The position numbers and the translations under genes were made by a program. Positions 25,532-37,264 of a stretch of 64,000 nucleotides of DNA are shown piece by piece. The stretch spans positions 8,308,001 to 8,372,000 of the forward strand of contig OZ176056.1 of assembly GCA_964247055.1 (NCBI GenBank). Direction: 5' to 3'. Every line of letters starts with the position of its first letter. The first letter of the stretch is position 1. The notes below the pieces were generated by a model. That model saw only the letters and a list, made by a program, of their open reading frames with translations. It searched no databases and had not been told where the DNA came from. The stretch is from Paragordius varius (taxonomy: Eukaryota > Animalia > Nematomorpha).

Positions 25532-25720
25532 ATGATGAATTCTAAACTTTTTACTTCAACTCAAAAACGTTCCATTATCTCTACCAGAATGGTGCTTATC
25601 GGATTTATGGTCTTACATTGTCTTATCATGGCCTTTTCCTGTATGCTATTTTTTGTGACAGGCAATGATTACACTAGACAACAAATTTTTCTGCCACTCG
25701 AGTTTTTTTGCATTTTTTGA
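25532..25720 (+). pseudogene. Truncated inverted paralogue of the 143-aa ORF (62 aa)
   Basis: MMNSKLFTSTQKRSIISTRMVLIGFMVLHCLIMAFSCM aligns with MNLSTLTQKHSILASKMVVIGFLVLHCLIMSFSCM, then the sequences diverge and this copy stops early. About 250 bp of upstream DNA is also homologous. Confidence 0.55.
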
Positions 25721-28276
25721 TATTTAATATCATTTTAACAGTAAATCTGAAATAAAAATTATAACTCGTTTGAAGAATTTTGTATAATTTCATTTTTTGA
25801 ATTATGCGCCCTCTTTATAAAAATTTTACTAAAAAATGTTTTTTTCTTTGAAAATATACAAGTAATGCCCATTTGCAATATATCGTCCGAAAGATTATTA
25901 AAAACTCTATAAAATGTATACTAATATGTATTACATCGACAGTTAATATTGGACACAAAGAGCGACAAACGCGCGAAGCGAGAGCATTTTTTTAATTATT
26001 ATATTTTTAAAACTAATGCATGAAAATAGCTCAAACTTTGTTTAGATGGAGATGAATGTCCAAAAAAGATAACACAAAGATTTTCTTAATTAAAACATTT
26101 TTGATTGCTTTTATGCTACTCAAAACAGCCATTTTCAAGTTTTTTGTTTTTTAAAATTTACCATCTCATCAATATTAATTTATTTTCTTTACAAGGCTGA
26201 TAATTACGAAAATTTAAAGATAAAAACAAAGTTTAAGGTATTTTTGATCTTTTATAGCCATTATGGAATAAATTTACAGTTATACCTATGCCTTTTAGTA
26301 TCCACTAGGTAAAATATTTATGATAATAATAATTTTTATTAAAAAAGCAAACCAAAAGCTTTTCCAAACATTTTTTTAAATTAAATACTAATATAACCCT
26401 AATAATTATATTAAAATAATTTATATGATATTCAAATTAGTTTGTCTGCGAAAATTCTTGACTTATTTAAGGATTGAAAATTTTAACCATTTATATCCAA
26501 AATAACTTTTACATCCGATGGATTTAAATGGCTTACTACCATTTAAAAGATGCAGTTTTTTGCGCTCTTTCGAATGATATAAAATACATGGCTTCATATC
26601 AAAAACTTTAAATTTTCGAAATTTAGAGTTTAATGTTAAATCGGGGCCAAAAATTATCGATAAACTCTAATATAAAAAAATTCTTCCATGTAAGACCAAT
26701 TTTCTTTTCAGATATACTAATTATGTACTTTAATGAATTAAATTTTAAATTTACAAGAATGGCAGTTAAAAAAAGTTAAAATTTGTTGTCTAGTGTTATG
26801 TTGCGAACAATAATACACTGCCAATGAATAAAAATGAAAATAATTCTTCCAAAGCCCGACCTTATGAAATGTCAGGATTACTTACCATAATGGTTCAGGG
26901 GAAGAGACCGGAACAGATATTCCAAAATTAAATGAAATATATAAATATCCATATCTTGATATATGGATTGTTTCTAAACTAGTTAGCGATATGACCATTC
27001 CTACTTAGGATTAAATGTTCTAAAAGAAATGGACTGACTCTAACTAATAATTTCTGTTGATAATAAAATATTTTCTTAAAGCACAAGTTTTATATATTAA
27101 TTAATCCATTTTAATCGAAACTGTGTATGTTAAATAACGCATAAACATCTTGAAATAAATTTGACGCATATATGAATATTTTATTTTTTAACACTTAATT
27201 ATTGGGTTTGGATATATAATAAATTAATCTTACAAAATATCAAAAGTTATTACACTAAATTTCTTAATCCAAATTTTTATGTTTGTAAAATCATAGAACT
27301 AACAGAGTATTGAATAAATTTTGATTCTGATTTGATCATATTGGAATATCCCCATACATTATTAAAAAAATATTGGGATCTCATTATTAGGATTTACGAG
27401 TAATTTAAATAGATTAATGGAAATTTTAATGTAATTGGTTGAGGGAAAACTTTATTATTTTATTTTTGTTAAAAGTAAAAAACATTAAACCAAAATATAA
27501 AAATTATTATAAAAAGTTATATTGATTTAAAATTGTTTTGAGATGTACAAATTATTTGAAACTATTGACACCGCTTTGATTGGGTGACTAATCATCTTGA
27601 TATAAATATAAACTGCCGAGATTTCGTGCGCTATGATATATTTATATTGGCCAATTCTATTAGAGGATATGATTTAAAATAAATTTTGTCCCTAATAAAA
27701 GAAACAAATTTAATGTTGTAAGATTAGAAAAATATTCAATTTAAACCAATTGTCGCTTTTTACCTATATGCTACTGTTTTGCAAATCGGCCGAATAGAAT
27801 GTGAATTAGCCAACACGATAGGGGTTGTAAAAATGCGCCCCTTTGAGATATTTTATATGTCTGCGAAAAGGTTGGAAAATTACCATATAATACAAATCAA
27901 AAATTATTTTGTTTCCAAAACGTTACCACAGTTAAAAATAAAATTAAGAACTAAAAGACAATATTTTTAACAATAGATGACCATATGTAATTGATTTTTT
28001 CAATGCACTATATTACAAAATAAATTTTTAAGGTTAATTTAAAACAGACTAAAATATATATTGTTTAACGATTGTTATCGTTATCATGAAAGCTATATAG
28101 AAAAATCAACGGTTAAAAAAGTTTGGCTATCTTTTCTAAAGACATTTAAAAAAAATTTCAAAACTAGTTTTTCCAAATTTTCGCACTAAAGTAGCAATCC
28201 AAATAATATTTATGTCGTGGGTGAGGAAATTTTTATTAAATTTCTAGTAAAAAAACTCTATATGCCCATATATTAT

Positions 28277-28657
28277 ATATACCATTTACAATTCAAATTC
28301 CAACAATTTAATTCACCCTTGAACAATTCAAATTAACCCTTAAACTATTGAAATTCACCCTTGAACAATTCAAATTCACCCTAAAAATAAATTATGTGTT
28401 TCCAGGCTAATATAACTCATTAATATAAAATATATTCTTATGGCATAATCTATCGGTATTATATTAATTTTAAACAAAATTTTATTTCAGATAAATATGA
28501 AAAAATATACTTGATTTTTAATTTTTAAGAACACAATTTATTTTAGGGTGATTTGAATTGTTTAAGGGTAAATTTGAATTGTTCAAGGGTGAATTTAAAT
28601 TGTTTAAGGGTGAATATGAATTGTTCAAGGGTGAATTTGAACTGTAAATGGTATATA
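28277..28657. mobile_element. MITE family A copy
   Basis: TATACCATTTACA...TGTAAATGGTATA ends with 21-bp arrays on both arms. Confidence 0.9.
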
Positions 28658-28837
28658 TGCCATGTGGTATATTTTGAGTCTAAAAAGCGACATACGAATC
28701 CATTTGTGTTAGGTACCCCTGCTTTAGATTATATAAGATAATTTATTTTAGCTACCATGCCTAAAATAAATATTGGATACATTCTGTAGAGACATTACAC
28801 AGTATACAAAATCAGGGGGATAAAAAATATCCTGATG

Positions 28838-28871
<34 letters not shown>

Positions 28872-31317
28872 CAGGAAAATGTAATCATGATGCTTTTTAC
28901 CCTTACAAGTGATTGAAAGTAATATATACTACTCTGATAAGTTCTTCATATGGTAAAATGGCTAGATTTTCTCGAATTTCGTTTAATAAAATATAATTGA
29001 AGTTTAAATGATATCATAAACTACATAGAAAAAGCAAATAAATACTTAAAGGTTAGATGCTGGATCCGAAAGTCTCATATTTTTGGACCGGTCTAAAATT
29101 GGCACGTTCTCTTATAATAAAGGCGAAAAGGTCAAGATTGCATAAAAAAATTTTTAAATGTAAAATCGAAAGCGTATTTTCCGAAAAAATAGATATTTTG
29201 CTTAAAAATCTATGTACAGAGCAATATTTTGGTAAAGCGAGTTTTATTTAATTTTAAAGATGGTTAGAACGGTATACACTTTAAGACATTGTATAAGCAC
29301 TTTTTTTAAAAAAATTTGATGGTGTTGATTTTAATTTTAAAATTTGGGTGGATTTTGTAAACAACATAATGTTAATTTAATATTTTCAAAACTCTGTGAT
29401 AGATATGTTTGGCATCATCAAATTATATAGAAAAGGTGATTTTATAATAGCTTAAAGCACTTTTATTTTATAATAATGCCAAAATGGTATGAAGTACTCT
29501 TTTTGCTAAAATTTTCTTAAAAATTAAATTTTTGAACGTATGGATGTTTGAAAACATATGTTTTTATGCCATAACTTAGCATATATTAAAAAACTTATCT
29601 CAAAATCACCGAATTTCTGTGTTTATCAATTGAAATTTTGAAAAATATTTTGTATACATGCAAGTAAATTGATTTGTTTGTGGATATAAGCCCAAGGAGG
29701 TTTAATGTAATTTTAACATACGGAGGCTTTATACATACTGGTGTGGCTTTAGAATGGAGTTTCAAATTACCATATATAACTATGCCGGCCGTCTTCAAGA
29801 TTGAGTCTAGGATTGCTTAATCTCTGTAACTTACGTATCCGGTGCTTATTGTGGTGAGCTATGTTAGCGATGTTAAGTTAAGCGTTCTTAATCTCCCAAG
29901 TATGTGTTTGTTAAACAGAATCCGCAACGTTATAAAGACTACTACAGTTGTTTTTAGATATTGCATTAAACCTCCCAAGACTAACAAACACTAATAAATA
30001 AATTGATTCTGCATTAATGCGATATAATGAAAATGACTTTTTATATTGTCACATATTTCTTAGTTCTTTACCTCAGAAAAATTGTTTTGCGTTTTATCTA
30101 TATAGTATATCATAATATATTTAATGATATTTTTTGGAATAATGCATTTAGCGAACCCAAAATATTTTATCAAATTTTCGTAAACTTTGCTACTTTCCGA
30201 TATCGAGCAATTATCACAAAAGTGTAAATAACTCTTTTATAAATTTTGTATAATTTGAATATCCGCTTGTCTTGTTCAAATGTTAATTAAATATTAAATA
30301 AATTTACCAATCTTGCAAAGTCCGAGTTTCTGTCACATAACCGAGTGATAGTTTTTTTAGAGATTATTACATTAAAAAGTTAGGATTTTTTATCGTTGAT
30401 TATCTTTGAGTTATGATAAAATTAAAGCTTTATGTTCGGAAAAAATACTATTTTTTAACGCTTGTTTTCCGTAAAGCAGAGGTATACAATCATTGCCAAT
30501 TAAAATGAATCATTCATAAAGATTTAAAAAATATCAATTTTACTAAGATTTTATGACCATTGATTTCAAATTGTGGATGTGCATTTATTTAGTAATTTTA
30601 AAATTTGGGCAGGGTATTGGACACCCCTGCCGTATATTTGCATTGGGATTTAGTACATTCTAAGCTATTTATAAAAAAATATTTTGATAATGCACCTTTT
30701 ATACTTTTGTGGGCTTTAATTGTAACACCCTTTTTGACCCCTTGACATAGATATTTGAAGTCGTTTGGTAAAAAGCGACCCTTGGGACACGTTTGGGATT
30801 AATTGGAAAATAATTTAAAAAAAATTATTTTTAACACGTTGTTACATTCGCTTAAAAATTCAATGTTTTTCACCTAAATAATTGGAAATTAAAGTCTTAT
30901 AAGTTTGAATTTAAAAAACCTCAAACATAATATTTTATTGGCCAATTATATCAAGGGCTAATTTTATCGTTCTATTCAAATATGTTTAAAAAACAATAAT
31001 ATATTAAGGGTAATTTGTAATTTTCGAAAAATTCCTTTCATTTCTTTTGTAATTTACTTAAATATTTATAATAATAATAATATATTTATTGTACATCATA
31101 TAACATGGTATATTAAATAAAATTTATACAAAAAATTTTAGGAGGCGACACAATTATTGCGACATACAACTTCTATTTAAGCTCATATGTAGTTTGAATC
31201 AAAATAATTAAGATAATTCATATTTTCGATCATACCTTTAAATATTAAAATTATATAAAGACAAAATAAAACTTATCATGAGAATTTGAATTGATCAAAT
31301 TATATAGAGTATTCATT

Positions 31318-31487
31318 TTAATGGTTGCTTATTTCACTTTATAATTAGGCAATTTGCAACACAACAGTGGGGTATGGAAAAAAACAATACTAAATGTTGA
31401 ATAAACATTAATTCCTTTCTTTTTTCCATACACTACTGTAGTGTATTACAAATCGCCCTATAATAGTGTGAAATAAGCAACCATTAA
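31318..31487. mobile_element. MITE family C (TTAA|TGGTTGCTTATTTCAC...GTGAAATAAGCAACCA|TTAA), representative copy
   Basis: Almost fully palindromic ~170-bp element. Other copies at about 10148-10318, 19643-19798 and a partial one at 9540-9680. Confidence 0.8.
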
Positions 31488-31713
31488 AATGTATATACTG
31501 TATTTAATAAATTTAATAATATAATAAATTAATTAGAAAAAAGCATATTATTAAATCTTTTAGTTTTTTGTACGTTTTTTGTCTTTATATAATTTTAATT
31601 TTTTACTGTATAACATTGAGTGTTCGAACGAAAAAAATGCTTTTTTTTCAATTGTTTGCAAAAAAATGTGTGTACTGATAAAATACTGTTAATTTCTTGC
31701 ATAACAATTATAT

Positions 31714-33893
31714 TTAATGGATGCTGGTTAAATTTTCTTTACTATTTACATCGTTTAATGTATTATTATAATTATTGATATTTTTGTTGTAATTGGTTTT
31801 TTCATCACCATTTTGCATATCATTGTTGGATTGTTCAGGGTATGTTAGGGAGTATATTGATATTTCAAGCTAGAATATTGAATAAAATAATAAATGTGAT
31901 ATAAATATATTTCTAATAAACTCTCAATTATCTTTTGGAATAGTTTTATATCCCAACGTGTTAAAATTTAAATATTTTAAAAAAATTTAAGTTATTAAGA
32001 CGATTTTAATAAATATGCTTCATTAGAGTTTTGGCATTATAAATTTTTTTAAAAAATTTTAAAATAGTAAAAAAATCTTCATCTTAAACTCTTTTTGCCG
32101 CCATTTTTTACTTAATTTTTTTTAAAATCGCTATTGCAACAGACGATTAAATGTATATTATGGTTAGAAAATGTAAATAATTAGCCTTATAAAGCTTTCA
32201 TACTACATTTTACGATCAAAAACTTAATATATTTCGATTTTAATATCAGCTGTTCGTTTCAATCGTGTTTTGGGCGGAACTCTCTCAATTTTAAACTCTA
32301 AAAGTCACAAAACTGTAAAATTAAGCTTTATATTTGAGAAATGAAAAATTTTTGATAATTAAATTTTAACTAAATTAACTTTCAAAACTGTACTTTAATC
32401 TAAATGTGCTCAGGGATATAAAATTACCCCAAAAAGTAAACTAGGACAAAAAAGTGAAAAGGTATGTATCCTTAATATTAAACATATATGGTTTTTTATA
32501 GTTTAATTTTAAGGTTTTATAATTGACACACATAAGTAACAATTTAAGATATATATATAATTGAAAATAAAAACATATTCTTAAAACCATTTTTCATAAA
32601 ATCAAAAACAACCTATCTATAACATGAAAAATGATACCAGAATCAAATGAAAATTTATGTTCTTGGATCAGTTGTACTTAAATCGCGCGGGTATAAAAGT
32701 ACTTTTTTATAGCCCTAAAATAAGTATTAAATATTTTGCACTGTATTTATACAAAGTTAGTATAAATATTTGCAAATGTATCAAACAGTTATGAAATTGT
32801 TAACGGTATTATATGGGACATGACCCCTAATAAAGCAAGATATACATTTTTGGCAGATGTTTAAAATTTTTTGATAAGCACTTACTGTTTTAGATAATTT
32901 AATTCATGCTAAGTTTAGGTCTAATAAGATATTTAATTAATACGGACAAATGTAAAAAATTTAGAAGAAAAATAATTCTTTTTTTAAATTTTAAATTGTT
33001 TTTGGTCCACTCTAAGGGATCCAAAATAACCATTTTGTAGAAAGGGTTAATTCAAAAACTAGAACCTTATTTAAGAATCGAAAAAGTGAATGTTATCAAC
33101 ATTTGCTAATTAATTTATAAGCACTGGTAATTGCAAAATAAGAGGATCCACTGTATAAAAACAATCAATGAAAAAGTCAAAATGTAAAAATTTTATAATA
33201 AATATTCTTTTAAATAGCCATATTTTAAAAAACCTTAAAAAGATAACCTGAAAATAAAATTGTGAATATGTATATATTGAGTGTATCACAATTATACATC
33301 TCTATTTTTTGAACCGAAACTCATAGGTTGCAAAAAATTAAAATTTTAAAAAGTATGAATATTTAATATCACGTAATACATTAAAAAGTAATAACATAAA
33401 ACTTACCACACGGAGACCCTTTTCAAGAGGATCGGTGAGATAAAGTCCACGAGGCATATAGACTGAGTAATTTTGTTCTTGAATGTAAGATCGAATTTTC
33501 TTAAGATACTTTTTAAAAAGAAAAAAATATTAAAAAAAGAAATAATTTATCGTTATTCAGTTTTTGTGATGAAAATATATCATATATGCATAAAAAAGAG
33601 CAAACTTTTTCACAACGTGTATCCACACAAAGGTATGATAAATAAGCCGTCATACAACCGAGTAATCCTTCCAAAAATGTTTCACAATTACATTTATCAG
33701 CTTCTTTATACATTTCATTTAGAGTATTGATAGTGTTTATATACACATTGCGCTCAATCTATACAATAAAGTAACTTATTGGCAATACCCTATCTTCTAA
33801 TTCCTTGGGAAAATTGGTTGAAAATTTGCAAACGGTGCCTTCTTGATAATCTCTTTGAACATAGATATGATTCACTTTGAGAATTGGTTCCAT
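31714..33893 (-). CDS. GOLGA7: Golgin A7 / Erf4 (DHHC palmitoyltransferase cofactor), 171 aa, 4 exons
   Basis: Exons (minus): 33789-33893, 33606-33758, 33407-33508, 31714-31869 (516 nt). Translation IYVQRDYQEGTVCKFSTNFPKELEDRI...FLEGLLGCMTAYL...YIQEQN...[22 protein letters not shown] matches GOLGA7 as I recall it. Confidence 0.93.
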
Positions 33894-34003
33894 ATGGACA
33901 TTTTTCGTTGTCAGGTTTACCACATGTTTTTGGTTTAGTGGAAATTTTATAGGCTGCGAAAAAAATTGAATTGCAAAGTTTTGCGTTTCTACCGGTATAT
34001 TAT
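33894..34003. promoter_or_regulatory. Putative bidirectional promoter / 5' leader region, GOLGA7-Salvador
   Basis: Only 110 bp separate the two divergent ATGs. Confidence 0.6.
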
Positions 34004-34942
34004 ATGACTTCTTGGAAAAAGACTAAGCAAAAAACTGAAAATTTGATCGGAGTATACAGTAAAAAAACAACCAACACATCACTTAAACGCGATGACAATA
34101 ATACGGCATTCAGAGATTATAAAATTAAAAGTCGCGAAAATATTAATCAATTACACAATAACAACCACCATACAAAGTCGCAGCAAATAACTCCAACTAA
34201 TTTAACATCCACTTATTCAACAAAGGTTAAACCATCCTTTAAATCATACATTTATGATTTTTTAAAACGAAAAAAATCTATCGAACTTACCATTTCTGAT
34301 CCAAATCCTAATAATTCAAATCACTTGGCTATACTGCCCCATAAAAAACATTCTGTTACAGCACAAAACATTAAACCCAAAAATTTTGTCACCATAAACA
34401 ATAATTCTCCTGTGAATACTTCCCCTCTGGTTCCAGCAAATCCATTCTTGAATGCTAAAATCCCTGATTGGCTTATTACATATTCCACGTCCCTACCAAC
34501 AACACTTGAACCCAATTCTGAATTAAATTGGAACCGTTTTGAGATGGGTCAGTTGGAAACGTTTGAAGCTATACTTAAACGATTATTTATGCTGGAGCTA
34601 GAAAAAATTGTTATGAAATATGAAGCATTTCGCTTATGCCTAGCCCATAAACTTGAAGAATACATTTACAAACATAGGGCGGTAACATCAAATAAATGTT
34701 TTGTCACCCAATCATCACCTTACCACAAAACATCACAACAAATTGTGCCCAAAACTCAAGAACGATACAATGTTTCAAATATCTCTAATCTCATCTCAAT
34801 AGATTCTGGCATAAAAAATTCGGGGGCATTTAAATATTCTTTCCCGAATTTGAGGCAACAACATCAATATTATGTGTTAAATAAAAGTGATAAAAACTCA
34901 AACATATATTACTCACAAAATATGTATATATCCAATTTATAA
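34004..34942 (+). CDS. SAV1: Salvador (SAV1/WW45) homologue with SARAH domain but no WW domains, 312 aa, single exon
   Basis: From ATG 34004: MTSWKKTKQK..IGVYSKKT resembles the SAV1 N-terminus (MLSRKKTK..GKYVKKET). ANPFLNAKIPDWL and LNWNRFEMGQLETFEAILKRLFMLELEKIVMKYEAFRLCL match the SAV1 pre-SARAH segment and SARAH helix. Confidence 0.85.
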   Translation: MTSWKKTKQKTENLIGVYSKKTTNTSLKRDDNNTAFRDYKIKSRENINQLHNNNHHTKSQQITPTNLTSTYSTKVKPSFKSYIYDFLKRKKSIELTISDPNPNNSNHLAILPHKKHSVTAQNIKPKNFVTINNNSPVNTSPLVPANPFLNAKIPDWLITYSTSLPTTLEPNSELNWNRFEMGQLETFEAILKRLFMLELEKIVMKYEAFRLCLAHKLEEYIYKHRAVTSNKCFVTQSSPYHKTSQQIVPKTQERYNVSNISNLISIDSGIKNSGAFKYSFPNLRQQHQYYVLNKSDKNSNIYYSQNMYISNL

Positions 34943-36326
34943 TATATATATGACAGATATTTAATTTATATATATACATCAATAAATGAAATTTGACAAA
35001 TTATTTTTCAAATTTTGGATTACAAAATTTTGATGAACAACGGAAATAAGCACACAGAAAAAATATCCCGATAAAAATATATTCCTTTAAAACTTATACG
35101 GATTCTCTCGGTGTTTTTGGTTTTCGGTTTTGTGGGTCATTTAAGAAAACTGATTCATTTTTTTTCAATATATATACACAAGATTATCCTCTAAGAGAGT
35201 ATGCTAGAAAACGAGATTAAAATGCAAATTTAAATTTTACTAGAAATTTAAGTCAGGCCAAATTTTTTTTGAACCATTTAAGATATAATAAAAACCTCTT
35301 TTTTATAATACTATATAGCGGGGAAGTTTTTCATTTGAGAATTCGGATTTTAAAGATTCGTTAGTTAGCAGCAATTTTATTCGCATTAATAAAAAAATAC
35401 AAATGGCTCTAAAATATCACACCATATAAACGACACATAAAAAAGGTATACCATGCAGATCTGATGATTTATGAATGTCATTTATTCAATCTTCAACGTT
35501 ACAAGCGAAAGAGACTTCTATTGTCTTTATTGCATTAAAAGGGAATTTTTATATTTAAATTGTATCTATCTATATTGCTATGAATAAACGCATTTAAATA
35601 ATATAGATCTTTTTTAGGCATATCAATGGCATTTCTGGTGATTCAAATAAATTCAATTCTTTTATTTTTAACACTTCAATACATTTTCGTTTTTTCTCTG
35701 CGATGACATTTTGAGTTAATTTGTAACCACAGAGCATAAAATAATAATCACACTCTTCTGCTGTATTAAACAGACATAGAATTTGTTTTTTAACTTTTTA
35801 AAATAGCTTTCAAACATGATTAAAACAAACAGCTGATATAATAATAATTAAAAAAATTTGCTAGTAAATTGCAATTTGTTATTTTTTATCCATGAAATAC
35901 AGTTGTTTGAGTGCTTTACATATAATTTAAAAAGATATAGAGAAAAATGGGGTTATTTTTCAGATATTTTAATTTTAAATGTTTTCAAGGTATAAAATTA
36001 CCCCAAACGATTATGTAGTTTTAAGCTGGGTTTTAAAAATCGGTCCTGCGTGACGCATCCAATCAATTTTTTCAAATTTATATAAATATCTACTTCCTCA
36101 ACAAAGTTTCAATTTGAGTTTATTTGCCATATAGAACCATCCACATTTCTTTAAATATCTGCTTATTTATTTTAGTGACAACATATCTATTTTCTATTTA
36201 CTACATTTGATAACAGTAATTAATTTGAGCAATTTATTTAGGGATACTATATTCTATAAATGATGAGTGGTGCAATAAAACGATAATTTTTATAAATCAA
36301 AATCCTTCGTTGAAGTGAGCCTTGAA

Positions 36327-36403
36327 TTATCCAAAATTTGAGGACTCGGTTGGATTACAATCTAATTGACATATTCTATCATGACATTTAAATTGACAAG
36401 CTC
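36327..36403 (-). CDS. Candidate terminal exon of a small secreted four-cysteine peptide (ACQFKCHDRICQLDCNPTESSNFG*)
   Basis: Acceptor tatttag, open frame with C-x3-C-x4-C-x3-C, then stop. It joins in frame to either of two phase-1 signal-peptide-like exons (36663-36699 or 37183-37264). Confidence 0.4.
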
Positions 36404-37062
36404 CTAAATATATATATATATATATATATAGAAAAAATTTTAAATGCTTTTTAATATAAATATTATAAATAATTTGCAATTAAATTTTTTCTAAACTCTA
36501 AAATCAGAATTTGGGTTTTAATACGTTTTTTTATATTCTATTATATTAACTTCGTAATTTTGATAAACATAATTAAGCACTAAGCTTTTTTAAATAAAAT
36601 GTTTAATTGATCTTTTACGATAAATTAGTTATTCCTAAATGAGGAATTGTACACGTGGACACCAATAACTAAAATAATAAAAACTACACAATTTTTCATT
36701 ATATTTTTGAGAGCCCTAACAGAACGAACCTTTTCATATTCAAAAGATAAGATTTAATACTACTTTCTTTAAAAAATATAAATTGTAAATTGTGGTTTTA
36801 AATTACCCCCAAATAACGCTATAAAAATTAAAAGAGTCGCTTTGAGTTTATATAAAACAAAATATTATCATTTATTTACTTTTTATAGAATACCAATATG
36901 TTATATTTATTATATAATTTCATAGGTTTGTAGGTATTATGTAATTTTAAGAGAAAAAAAGGAATTTAATTAATTTCATCTTTCCAATATCTGTTAAATA
37001 TTATATATTATAAATTAATTAAACTATTAAAAAATTTATATATTTTTTTTATAAAAAAAGCG

Positions 37063-37264
37063 TTATGGTGTGGATATATGCCCATGTTTTCCCCACTCAG
37101 GTCCTTATGTAAAGTTTTTTAAAGAAAGGGTTTATAATTTTTAAATATAGCATTTATAAAATAAAAATAAAACATTATTTACTTAGGAAAAAGGATGTTG
37201 CCAGTTCCACCAAAATTCCCATAGCGATAAAAATAAAAGTTAAAAGATAATTTTGGAATTCCAT
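37063..37264 (-). CDS. Candidate small secreted peptide gene (exons 37183-37264 + 37063-37103, 40 aa)
   Basis: ATG plus hydrophobic exon MEFQNYLLTFIFIAMGILVELATSFFL, GTAAAT donor, 79-nt intron, in-frame exon RPEWGKHGHISTP*. Confidence 0.25.

Noticed and set aside
29595-29830. LKLHSKATPVCIKPP resembling a Ty3/gypsy pol linker; protease-like fragments at about 26850-27050
   Set aside because: Similarity is too short and broken to support without a search. At most these are decayed LTR-element remnants.
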